From: Prorocentrum cordatum
Lineage: Eukaryota
Direction of reading: 5' to 3'
Assembly: GCA_963575745.1 (NCBI GenBank)
Contig: CAUYUJ010000159.1
Location: 620,001-667,232, forward strand
Length of the DNA stretch: 47,232 nucleotides
Numbering within the stretch: the first letter of the stretch is position 1; each line of letters opens with the position of its first letter. Positions 10,014 through 21,800 of the stretch are shown here, piece by piece. The translations under genes and the position numbers were made by a program. The notes beneath the pieces are model-generated. The model did no database searches, was not told where the DNA came from, and worked only from the letters and a program-made list of their open reading frames with translations.

Positions 10014-10150
10014 GGGTCGGAGGATCGCGCCGCATCGCCGAAGCATCGGCGACGTCGGCGATGCACTGGCGCTGTCGGCATGGAGAATGTCGGGCCCCAC
10101 GTCAAGCCGCATCACCGATGCATTGTCGATGCGGCGCGATCCTCCGACCC
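10014..10150. mobile_element. 137-bp MITE with GGG...CCC termini and a 3-bp TSD (ATG)
   Basis: Perfect 24-bp TIR GGGTCGGAGGATCGCGCCGCATCG (10014-10037 and 10127-10150), extending imperfectly to ~45 bp; ATG at 10011-10013 and 10151-10153. Confidence 0.85.
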
Positions 10151-10307
10151 ATGGGGGAGGCCCAGATGGTCAGGAGGCTCGTACGGCCTCGGGACTCCCG
10201 AGAAGCTTTCTGAGCTTCCTCCGAAGCCACTCGGGGGCGCCTGGGAGCGCAAGGGAACGCTTGGGATCACCTGGGAGCGCCTGGGAGTGCTTGGGAGGAG
10301 CATGATC

Positions 10308-10467
10308 AGGAGGAGGACGAGGAGGAGGAGGAGGAGGAGGAGGAGGAGGAGGAGGAGGACGAGGAGGAGGAGGAGGAGGGGGAGGGGGAGGGGGAGGAGG
10401 AGGAGGAGGAGGAGGAGGAGGAGGAGGAGGAGGAGGAGGAGGAGGAGGAGGAGGAGGAGGAGGAGGA
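10308..10467. repeat. (GGA)n microsatellite
   Basis: Read directly. Confidence 0.95.
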
Positions 10468-11554
10468 CTCGTCGTTCGTCGTGAAAGGTGTCAATCTATG
10501 GGGCAGGGAGCACACTACTGCTGCGGGCTTTTCTTGGGCTCATCTCTGGAGGCTCGTCTGGGACAAGCTCGACGACTGGGGGGACGGGGTCCAGGTCATT
10601 AAGGTCAGGTCCCACGTCACCCAGAAGGCTGTCTTGGAAGGTGTCCAGTCCTATCGGCATACCTTTGGGAACAAGTGTGCAGATGAAGAGGCCAAAGTTC
10701 GTGCTCATGATCGCAGGCCGGCCCTCCAGTTTCAGAAGCTGACCGCTCAGCATCAGAAGTTCGCGCGAGGCCTCGGTGTGTGGATCGCGCAGGTTGGTGC
10801 GGTCATGGCCGAGACAGATTGCTTGCATCGAGTGAAGAGGCCACGGCGTGAAGCTCCTCCCTCACTCAAGCCTGTCAAGCCCCAGCCGCTCACCTTAGCT
10901 GAGAGAGTTGCCCAGTCCCAGGTGCCCCTCTTGGCCAAAGGTTTACGTTTTCACCAGCTTTACGCTTTTTCGGTCCCGACCCAGCCGAAACCTACCGAGG
11001 TTGTTTGTTGTGGCAGGTGCGGGGCCTTTGCGTCTAGGAGGCTGGTCTCCCTTGCTGGGCCTTGCCCTCCACGAGTCCCCAAGTGGGCCCACACTATTGC
11101 CAGGAGGCTCGACAAAGGGGAATTTAAGCTAGATAAGGTTGTGCATTGCGTTTCAGATTTGCGACGGCTGCCGCCGCCGACCCTTTCTGATGAGCGTTTG
11201 CCTGTTGAAGCGGCTGCTGCAGCGGCGGCCGCTTCTTCTTCCACTGATGCGAGACGGCCCATGCGGCCGTCCACTGGCGATGATGATAGGAGTGCCATGC
11301 GTGCAGGCTCTGCCAGTGACGGCCCCAGGCATGAATGGGGCACGGCGCACATTCCTCCATCTGAGCCATCTTCCATGTTGGACGTCGCTGCTGCTGCCGC
11401 CGCGTCGTCTGCCTCTTCCTCTTTGCCGCCCCGTCCAGCCCAGCACGCCATCGGTGCGTGCCCGCAGCTGGAGGCCGTCCGTCAGCGCCTTCGGTTGGAG
11501 GGTGGAGGCGGCGGGGGCTGGTGGGAGGATGAGGTTTCAGAGGGCTCGGACTAA
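10466..11554 (+). mobile_element. 5'-truncated non-LTR retrotransposon ORF: C-terminal half of RNase H plus a Cys/His finger
   Basis: Open frame DSSFVVKG...WAHLWRLVWDKL...VIKVRSH...GNKCADEEAK carries the RNase HI DS, KVxxH and GNxxADxxA motifs. It is followed by HQL...CGRCGA...LAGPC and a TAA at 11552. The first two catalytic residues are missing. Confidence 0.85.
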
Positions 11555-11738
11555 CCGCAGTATGCGGTAAACTTGTCCGTGCCTTTCAGCTTTTGTGCTG
11601 TTTTTTCGGCCCCTGCCGAGCAGGCCCTGAGCCTGATGTCCGATCCGCGCGGCCATAGGCGGTTGCAAGGTGCGCCGATGGCCGCGCGTTTCACTCGGTG
11701 GCGGTGGACAGACTCTGTCGGCCGCTAGCTGGTGCCCA

Positions 11739-11850
11739 GGAGGAGGAGGAGGAGGAGGAGGAGGAGGAGGAGGAGGAGATGGAGGAGGAGAACGAGGGGG
11801 AGGAGGAGGAGGAGGAGGATGAGGAGGAGGAGGCGGAGGAGGAGGAGGAG
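11739..11850. repeat. (GGA)n microsatellite directly after the putative 3' UTR of the RNase H fragment
   Basis: Read directly. Confidence 0.95.
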
Positions 11851-13480
11851 GCAAAAGGGTTTCTGAGAAGCCCACCCGCCTGCCGAGAAGGCCCGGGGCC
11901 CCCCTCTCGGACGCCTGGTGGCTCTAGGGTTAGGTCGGGCATGTCCTCCTACAGGCGGATCGTGAAGGACAAATAAACATAATCCACGCAAATAATCATA
12001 CGTAATCGAATAATCGTCCCCAGACTATTATTTACAATGTTTGAACATTCTTCCTGTATCGGAACATGCCAGGCTTAACTTTAGGGTCCTCGCTCGGCTC
12101 TCGCGTGGCACTTCGGGACGAGTGCACCTGCCAACCGACGAAAACGCTCGAAAACCTCGTGCCCCGAACCCCAAACTCGGGGGCGCGCAAACATGGATTA
12201 GCGATCCTCGGTCGGATTTTGGCGCGCGGTCGCCAAATCCATGGATCGGGGGAGGTGCCCTCCCCAAAATGCGGCCGATGCCGCCTCGCTCGGCGGCGGA
12301 AATCCGCGACTTCCCATGGAAACGAAACCCGTCCCTGGTCCACGCCCCACTGATCCATGTCTGCGATCGCCTGACACACCCCGCTGACCCGCCAGGCATC
12401 TGCCCCCCAGGCCCCAGCCGGGAGGCCCGGGCCCGCGCGCCTCCGCCGAGGTCCCCGCGGAGTGCCGACGGGAGAGGGGGCTCGAGTCGGCCCCGGGTGG
12501 GCGGGAGGCGCGTTCTCGAGCCGTGCGCCGCCGTGTCCGCGGGCACGCTCCGGGAGCCCCGAATTGGAGGCCTGGGGATGGGCAACAGCACCCATACTGA
12601 GGGGTGCCCCCTCTGGAGGAAGATCACACTGGATTATGGTGCTGGTGGTGATGCTTCGGCCATCTGGGAAGCGCGAATCTTACCACCATCAGTGAGATCG
12701 GGATCCACCGCCGATACTGGTGTTGGAGGTCAACTTCGAGGCCTCCGACCGAACCCGAAACTCCCGGACTTCTCCTGAGCGCGCCGCCGAAGGACCCCGC
12801 GCGCGGAGCTGGGCGGGGGCAGGCCGCTCCAGCAGGCGGGCGGGCGCGGCGGCGGCGCAGACGCACCTGCGGCGCGCCCGGACACGGGGCCGAGGGGGGG
12901 CAGGCCACCAGAGGGGTCAGGACTCGAGCAGGAGATCGACTACAGCATCGCCTTACGTAAAATTGATGTTCCCCGTTGAACCTGCGAGCAATACGTAACA
13001 TGTTCCGTAGATCGGCGGCACAGTCCATGTATTTTTCGCAGATTCGGTGACAGAGTCAATCTTGGGGTAGATCGCTTCCGGAGTAGTCGATCCCATACTC
13101 GAACGACAAGGGGGACCGACCACTCACGGATCGCCGACGTTCGTGGGAGACGAACATGTCCGTATCTGCGACCTCGCGGGCCAAGCCCCTGGGCCGCGGC
13201 CTCGCAGGTACAAGGCGTTTTTGCGCGGATACCCCGCGCGGAACGCATCCGTGCGACCGCGTACCCCTGGGAAGGCGCCCTGGAATCCAGACCATGAGGG
13301 CGCGGACACGGACACGTCCACAGTCCACAGGCCTTGAGACGTCGCATGCTCACGCGACCGTGGGTCCCCGGAACTTTTGACCGCATGCGGGAACCGCGCA
13401 TCTATGCACACTGAGCTCTGTCCCATGGGGCTCTGCAGAAGCGCCACAGGACAACGTGTAGTGTATGCGTGTGTATATAT

Positions 13481-15090
13481 GAAGGCGTTTCTTTATGTTC
13501 TGCGATGACGGGCGTCATGGGGGGGGGGGGAGGGCGGGGGGGGGTATGACGTGACGCCCCCCCCCCCGCCGTGTGGCTCCGGCACCACAGCCGCGCCCGC
13601 GCGCACGACGCGACGAGCGACGAGCGACGAGCGACGACGACGACGCGAGCAGCATGTAAGTGGCGATCTGCCTATTGCGCCTGTGTGCACCACAACGCTC
13701 GCCGCGTGCACCACGCCGCGCGCGTGCACCTCAGCGCCTGCGTACACCGCAACAGCCGTGTGCAACGCACCGCCCGTGTATACCACAATACTTGGGAGCA
13801 CTACGTCGCCGGTGTACATACACCGCAGCAGCCATGTGCAACACAACGCGTGTGTACACCACAGTGCTTGCGTGCACCGCAGCGCCCGTGCACGCCACAG
13901 CGCCTGTCTACACCACAGCATCCGCGTGCAACGCAGCGCTGGTGTACACCACAGTGCCTGCGTGCATAGGACAGGTAGAAGGAGCATGTACGTCAGGATC
14001 TGATGCGGACAACTAAACGCCACGCCAGGAAAGTTCTGATAATCGAATGCGACGTTTTTCCCTTCTCCCTCCTCCTCAACCTCCTCCTCCTCCTCCTCCT
14101 CCTCCTCCTCCTCCTCGTCCTCCTGTTCCTCCTTCTTACCCCGTCGTGCGGCTTGGCGTTACAACGCACGTGCGCATCTCAGCGTGCACCGCAGAATGGT
14201 CCATTGAATCGGTCCACTCGGTTCTCGGACGGCCAGTTCAGCTGAAGCCTCCTGGACGCAAGTGGGAGTTAGGGTGATGCGGGCGGACTTGGGGGGACTC
14301 GTAGATTCCAGCGGCGCTCCTTTGTCCATGAAGATTTGTTGTCCACACGCGCTCCATTTTGTCACAAGGATTACTTCTGAAATTCTATACACAACAATGG
14401 TGTTGTGTTGCACACGGCTGATGTGGTGCACACAGGCGCCGTGGCGTACACAGGCACTGCAATGCACGCAGGCATTGTGGTGTACACTGGTGCTGTGTTG
14501 CGCACGGCTGATGTGGTGTACGGAGGCGCTGTGGTGTACACAGGAGTTGCTGTGTCCGCAGGCACGGTGGCACAAGCTGACGCTGTGTTGCACGCGGCTG
14601 CTGGGGTGTACATCGGCGGTGTGGTGTACACAGGCGCTGTGGTGCACGCGGGCACTGTGATGTACACAGGCGTTGTGGTGCATATCGCCACCTACATGTT
14701 CGTGCTACCCGTCCTCCGTCATTCCTAACCATTCCCAAACGCCGCCGGCGCGAAACGTGACGTCATCGACCTCCTCCCCCCCCCCAGATGATTGCCGTCA
14801 TCGGCGCGGACTTAAAAATAGGCTCCAGCCGCGTCCGCGCGCACGACGACGATGAGCGACGAACGACGAACCACGAGCGACGACGACGAACGACGACGAC
14901 GAACGACGACGACGACGCCTGCGGACCAGACACTTGTGCGGATTCCTGCGCGGACACCTACGCGGATCCCAATGCGCAATGCGCACGGCGGCCGTGCCCG
15001 GAGCGCACTGGGGGGGGGAGCGTTACGTCATACGGGGGGGGGGAGCGGGGGCCATGACGCCCGTCATGCCCCAAGCAATCAAGAAATGGC

Positions 15091-15093
<3 letters not shown>
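13481..15093. mobile_element. ~1.6-kb non-autonomous foldback-type element in TA repeats, with two inverted internal 18-bp arrays
   Basis: Ends GAAG..TTTCTT...ATGACGGGCGTCATGG...GTATGACGT(G/A)ACGC are inverted copies. GTG(T/C)ACCACAGCGCC arrays lie at ~13680-13970 (+) and ~14385-14690 (-). TATA tracts flank both ends. Confidence 0.7.
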
Positions 15094-15126
<33 letters not shown>

Positions 15127-15334
15127 TGTCTGGCCTGTTCTCCGGGCGACAGACGTTGAAACACATATATGCGATAGCACCCCGCAGTTGCGGATAAAAG
15201 TGAGGGGGCGGCGGGGACGTCGGCAGTCTGCGAGGCTCTGAAGAAGCTCGCAGACTCTCGAGGCTCTGCGGTGCAGGCGCCGAAGTTTGACAAATTCTAC
15301 CACGAACCTGCTGCAAGCGCCGGTGAGTCGCAGG

Positions 15335-15560
15335 TGAGTCGCGGGCCGGGTCGCGGGTGGGTCGCGGGTGGGTCGCGGGCCGGGTCGCGGGTGGGTCGCG
15401 AATGGGTCGCGGATGGGTCGCGGATGGGTAGCGGGTGGGTCGCGGGGTGGGTCGCGGGTTGGCTCGCGGGTTGGGTTGCAGGTTGGGTTGCGGGTGGGTC
15501 GCGGGGTGGGTGGCGGGGTGGGTCGCGAGTGGGTCGCGGGTGGGTCGCGGGTTGGCCGCG
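15335..15560. repeat. ~11-12-bp GGGTCGCGGGT minisatellite
   Basis: Read directly. Confidence 0.9.
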
Positions 15561-17970
15561 GGCCTTGCCGACGACGACAACAAACAACAAAACACATACA
15601 ACGCAAAAACCATCCGGGACCATCCGACTTCAGCCACGCGCCCAGGGAAACCGTTCGGCCCCCTCACTCTGACACTGTGTTTGGCCGCCCCTTGCCGCTA
15701 CTACATTGAATGGAGAACTAAACCAATCAAAATCATCCCCGCCCCTGGACAACCTGGACAACCCATGCTGATGAATGACGACAAGACGACCCACTCCAGA
15801 CAACGGGGATCCGAACAACCCCTCCAGACAACCCCCTTGGACAAGCCCCCCGGGATCTCCCTTCCATGAGATATCCTAAGTAATGGGTGAGCCATAACGC
15901 GTTTTGGTGGACATGCTCTTGGCCCCGACTTGACCCCTATGCCTGGGACACAATTTTCGCCCCGTGCCGCGTCTCGCTCTCGATGGCCTGGAGCAGGCCT
16001 CCCGGGGCCGAGCCGACCGTCCATTCGGCCTCTTCGGGACGCCTCTGAGGAGCGGAGAAGTCTCCGCAGCTCCTAGGCAGGACTGGAGGACAGACAATGA
16101 AGGAGAACGTCGGGGGGGAACCAGCGCGGGGGGGGGGGGAACATCGACATGGGATCGGCAAGATATCGCCGATAGATCGGCGGTAGGCCCCCACGATGGC
16201 GAATCTGGATGGTCCTGGGCGAGGCGGGCCAGCAAGCCCCTATCGGCGATCAATGGGCGATTTGGGGTCGATGCGTCCGCTCTTGAGTTGCCCCTGACCA
16301 CCAGGAATCCAACAGTTGTGAAGGCAGACGGACTGAGCTGGATCGTGTCGCCAGATCGAATCGGACAGTTTCGCCTGCACGTTCCGATCCGAACCAAGAT
16401 CGGATCGCCGCGCCAGGCTCTGGCTGGCCCTGGCCGATGCTGGTGCATCGGACCGACTTGAACCAAATCGGAATTGCCGCCCCAGCCGGCAAATCGAATC
16501 GTATCGAATCGGATCGTAGGCGGCACTGACAAGTCCACCTTCGTCATCCTTCGTCCCCCCTCCTCATGTAAACCTGCTTCCCTCCCTTCTTGGAAAAAAA
16601 GAGAGAACGGGGGAACGGAATGGAGCTGCCCTGTTGTGGGCCTTGGAGACGGCAGGACCGTGATTCGTTGTATCCAGCGCTTTCCGCGTCAAGAGCAACA
16701 TTTTGCTGGGGAAGCGGTGCAGGACCCAACGGCCCTGCCGCGCACGGTCAGCTGCAAGACAGGTCAGGTCGAGCCTGCGCGCCCGCGGGGGCGGCCACCC
16801 AGGGCACAGGCGGTGGGTCACAGGCGGTGGGCCACAGCGGGGAGCACGGTGATATGACCTTCGCCGCCATCGTCGACCGAGGACTCGAAGAGCGAGGACC
16901 GTCCGGGCGGCCTTTGGAAGGCTCTCGAGGCTGGGTGCGCTGCATCACGCGCATGCGGCCCCAGCGCCTGGCAATTGTTCTGGCATCCCCGACCCACCCC
17001 CTGATTTCTCGCACAGAACCTGCCCTGACCTCCGCCCCCTAGCTTTTCCACAGCTCCCGGCGTCTGCTTCTTCCTTGAACCCCCCCCCCAAGATTACTCG
17101 CCTAGAATCTACCCCGACACCCACCCCGACCCCAACCGCGCTCGACATCTCTCACCCCTCAGCCCCAGCTCCCACCTTCCGTCTTGAAATCTCCGTACAC
17201 ACACGTGATTTCTCACCCAAAACTTCCTCAAGCCCTCACTCCGATCACCATGCACCGCGCCCGACACGCCTCACCCTCCAGCCCAGCTCCTGGCTTCTGG
17301 TTGGACACTTCCCGCACAACCCCTCGCTGTCTTGTCTTCAGGGCCCCCCGACCGGCCCGGTCGCCCACATGGTCTCGACCCCCCCTGACACCCTTCCCCA
17401 GACCCAAGTCTCGGCTGCCTTGTCAGGCATCTCCAGCCCCTCGATTGTCTCACCAGGACCGACCCTGTCGTCCTCCTTGCCTTGCCTCACCCCTGACATC
17501 CTGAGATCCATCCTCAGTCCAGCCCCAACCACTCTCCGTCTCGTTCGTTTGTCAAGGCCCCCCACCATCTCGATTCTCGCACCCGGATCCTGTCGCTCAC
17601 CTGGTCTCGTCCCACCCTTGGCACTTGGCATCTTTCCCCGATGTCCGACTCTGATTCTCGTGTTCGATGACGTCCCCACCCCCCATCGATCTTCGCACCA
17701 GGACCGACCCTGTCGCCCGCAGGGTGGTCTCGACTCCCCCTGACGTCCTCCCGCAACCCCAACCTCCGTAGCCATCTCGCCCATCTGCTCTCCAACCCAG
17801 CTGGCACCCCCCCTCTGCCACTACCAGGGGGTGTCGTCGGGGAATCGCGACCACCTAGAGCGCCCGCGATGGCCCTAAGTGGACCGAGTACTGCACCAAA
17901 TGACCTCCCAGACGGCGCAAGGACCTCTCCTCCTACCGCGCCTCCCCCCCTCCCTCCCCCCATCGTTGGA

Positions 17971-18133
17971 GGAGGGAACAACATAAACATAAACTTTCGG
18001 ATGTCCGCCCAGACTTCTTCGATCGGCACTGGGCCCCCTCCCTGGCGCGCGGAGCGCGACAAGGACGGCGCCAGAGGTCTGTCCAAGAAATCTGCGCGGA
18101 GCTCCGAAATCTGATGTTTAAGCAATGCTCTCC
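17971..18133. mobile_element. T-head foldback element copy 2 (head inverted, partly deleted)
   Basis: Shares GGGAACAA..ACATAAACAT and CCAAGAAATC(T/C)GCGCG(G/A)AGCTC with copy 1; 18030-18084 aligns to the reverse complement of 9285-9350. Confidence 0.75.
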
Positions 18134-18859
18134 TTCGGTTACCCCTTCCCTCCCCCCTCCCTCCCTCCATCGTCACTGCCCCCACCTCCTTTTCCCCACC
18201 GCCGCCGCGGCCGTCTAGGTCGGGCGCAAGCCGCACAGCAAGCTCCAGAGGAGGCCCGCGAGGTCGCACACCCCATCTCCGACGGCGTCGAAGGCGTCCC
18301 CGATGGTCATCAAGATCTCCTGGCGACGACGGGGGACGATCAAAGGGGGATGGTCAAGGAACAACTTATAGCCGGAATGCAGTATCCCCAAACAGGGTTT
18401 TTCAAATCCGCCGACCCCAGAGGCGTGTGAGGGAAAGTGACCAAACTCGGCCACACCCCCACCCCAGGTAGCTGTGATCACGCCCTCTGCTCTTGGGAAC
18501 CCCGACTCGACATTTCCTGGACCCGAACCATCAACGCCCCCCACCTGGACCCCTTCCTGGCCTGGCATTCCTTGCCGGGACCCCTCCACCACGGTTTCAC
18601 CGCGACTGACACCGCCAGCCTCCTGAGGCCCCTGGGCATACGTTCTTCGGGCCCCCGCACCCTGCAAGATCCTCGCCGGGACCCTTCCACCACGGCTCCA
18701 CCGCGTCTGACCCCGCCAGCCTCCGGAGGCTCCTGGGCATACGTTCTTCGGGCCCCCGCACCCTGCAAAATCCTTGTCGGGATCGTCTGACACCGCCAGC
18801 CCCCCCCCGCTCCGGCACCCCCCCTCCTGCGCCCTGCATGCCCACCCATCCCGAAAGAA

Positions 18860-21800
18860 AAGGCTGTTCTTGGGCCCCCCCACAATGCAAAAACCTCTCC
18901 GGGACCCCCCACCGCGCTCGGCACCACGCCGCCCCAACATGCCAAAATCGGGCTGGCACCCCGCCGCCGCAACAGGCCATTATCGTTGATGCCCATTGAT
19001 TTGTTCAATGTTTTTCGCTTTCACGCTCTCCGACGCTCCACGACCGCCCAAGAGGCCCCGAAGGCCGCTCCCCAAGCCTCTGGAGCTCTGAGTTTGGGCC
19101 CCCCCACTCTGCAAAAACCTCGCCGGGACCCCCCACCGCGCCCCGGCACCCCGCCGCCCCAACAGGCCAAAATCGTTCATTCCCATTGATTTTCTCAATG
19201 TTTTTCGTTTTCCCGCTCTCCGACGCTCCACGACCGCCCAAGAGGCCGCCAAGACCGCTCACCAAGCCACTGGAGCTCTGTTTTTGGGCCCCCCGACTCT
19301 GCAAAAACCTCGCCGGGACCCCCCACCGCGCCCTGGCACCTCGCCGCCCCAACAGGCCCAAATCGTTGATCCCCGTCTTTTTTCAATGTTTTTCGCTTTC
19401 CAGCTTTCCGACGCTCCACGACCGCCCAAGAGGCCCCGAAGACCGCCCCCCAAGCCTCTGGAGCTCTGTTTTTGAGCCCCCCGACTCTGCAAAAACCTCG
19501 CCGGGACCCCCCACCGCGCCCCGGCACCCCGCCGCCCCAACAGGCCAAAATCGTTGATGCCCATTGATTTTTCAATGTTTTCCTTTCCCGCTCTCCAACG
19601 CTCCACGACCGCCCAAGAGGCCCCCAAGACCGCTCCCCAAGCCTCTGGAGCTCTGTTTTTGGGCCCCCCCACTCTGCAAAAACCTCGCCGGGACCCCCCA
19701 CCGCGCCCCGGCACCCCGCCGCCCCAACACGCCAAAATCGTTGATCCCCATTGATTTTTTCAATGTTTTTCACTTTCCAGCTCTCCGACGCTCCACGACC
19801 GCCCAAAAAGCTCCCAAGACCGCCCCCGAAGCCTCTGGGGCTCTGTGTTTGGGCCCCCCGACTCTGCAAAAACCTTGCCGGGGCCCCTCACCGCGCCCCG
19901 GCACCCCGCCGCCCGAACAGGCCAAAATCGTTGATTGACTTTTTCAATGTGTTTCGCTTTCCAGTTTTCCGACGCTCCACGACCGCCCAAGAGGCCCCGA
20001 AGACCGCTCCCCAAGCCTCTGGAGCTCTGTTTTTGGGTTCCCCGACTCTGCAAAAACCTCGCCGGGACCCCCCACCGCGCCCCGGCACCCCGCCGCCCCA
20101 ACAGGCCAAAATCGTGCATTCCCATTGATTGTTTCAATGTTCTTCGCTTTCCCGCTCTCCGACGCTCCACGACCGCCCAAGAGGCCCCGGAGACCGCTCT
20201 CCAAGCTCTTGAAGCTTTGTTTTTGGGCGCTCCGGCTCTGCAAAATCCTCGCCGGGGCCCCCCACCGCGCCCCGGCACCCCGCCGCCCCAGCAGTCCAAA
20301 ATCATTGATTGATTCCCATTTGATGTTTCAATGTTTTTCGCTTTCCAGCTTTCCGACGCTCCACGACCGCTCAAAAAGCCCCCAAGCCCGCTCCCCTAGC
20401 CTCTGGAGCTTTGTTCTTGGGCCCCCCGACTATGCAAAAACCTCGCCGGGGCCCCCCACCGCGCCCTGGCACCCCGCCGCCCCATAAGGCCAAAATAGTT
20501 GATTCGCATTGATTTTTTCAATGTTTTTCGCTTTCCAGCTTTCCGACGCTCCACGACCGCCCACGAGGCCCCCAAGACCGCTCCCCAAGCCTCTGGAGCT
20601 CTGTTTGAGCGCTGTCCCAACAGGCCAAAATCGTTGATTCCCATTGATTTTTTCAATGTTTTTCGCTTTCCAGCTTTCCGACGCTCCACGACCGCCCAAG
20701 GGGCCCCGAAGACCGCTCCCCAAGCCTCTGGAGCTCTGTTTGCGGGCCCCCCCACTCTGCAAAAACCTCGCCGGGACCCCCCACCGCGCCCTGGCACCCT
20801 GCCGCCCCAACAAGCCAAAATAATTGATTCCCATTGATTTTTTCAATGTTTTTCACTTTCCAGTTTTCCGACGCTCCACGACCGCCCACGAGGCCCCCAA
20901 GACCGCTCCCCAAGCCTCTGGAGCTCTGTTTTTGGGCCCCCCGACTCTGCAAAATCCTCGCCGGGGCCCCCCACCGCGCCCCGACACCCCGCCGCCCCAA
21001 CAGTCCAAAATCATTGATTCCCATTGGATTTGTTTTAATGTTTTTCGTTTTCCAGCTTTCCGACGCTCCACGACCGCCCAAGAGGCCCCCAAGACCGCTC
21101 CCCAAGCCTCTGGAGCTCTGTTTGTGGGCCCCCCGGCTTTGCAAAAACCTCGCCGGGACCCCCCACTACGCTCCGGCACCCCGCCGCCCGAACAGGCCCA
21201 AATCGTTGATTCCCATTGATTTTTTCAATGTTTTTCGTTTTCCAGCTTTCCGATGCTCCACGACCGCCCAAGAGGCCCCGAAGACCGCTCCCCAAGCCTC
21301 TGGAGCTCTGTCTTTGAGCCCCCCGACTCTGCAAAAACCTCGCCGGGGCCCCCCACCGCGCCCCGGCACCCCGCCGCCCCAACAAGCCAAAATCGTTGAT
21401 GCCCATTGATTTTTTCAATGTCTTTCCCTTTCCCGTTCTCCAACGCTCCACGACCGCCCAAGAGGCCCCAAAGACCGCTCCCCAAGCCTCTGGAGCTCTT
21501 GTTTCGGGCCCCCCCCACTCTGCAAAAACCTCGCCGGGACCCCCCACCGCGCCCCGGCACCCCGCCGCCCCAACAAGCCAAAATCGTTGATTCCCATTGC
21601 TTTTTTCCATGTTTTTCACTTTCCAGCTCTCCGACGCTCCACGACCGCCCAAGAAGCTCCCAAGACCGCTCCCGAAGCCTCTGGGGCTCTGTGTTTGGGC
21701 CCCCCGACTCTGCAAAAACCTTGCCGGGACCCCTCACCGCGCCCCCGCACCCCGCCGCCCGAACAGGCCAAAATCGTTGATTTCCATTGACTTTTTCAAT

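Noticed and set aside
10481..11554. Cellular RNase H1 gene
   Set aside because: It lacks the N-terminal catalytic residues, a true start codon and introns, and has a retroelement-type C-terminal finger
13493..14738. Cys/His-rich ORFs (VHHSAC repeats)
   Set aside because: They are translations of 18-bp arrays present in both orientations inside a foldback element
15900..16545. TIR element bounded by GGTGGAC(A/T)TG
   Set aside because: The inverted match is only ~10 bp with no TSD
17765..17783. DinoSL-like TCCGTAGCCATCTCGCCCA
   Set aside because: Only the 5' 11 nt match; the diagnostic TTTTGGCTCAAG 3' end is absent
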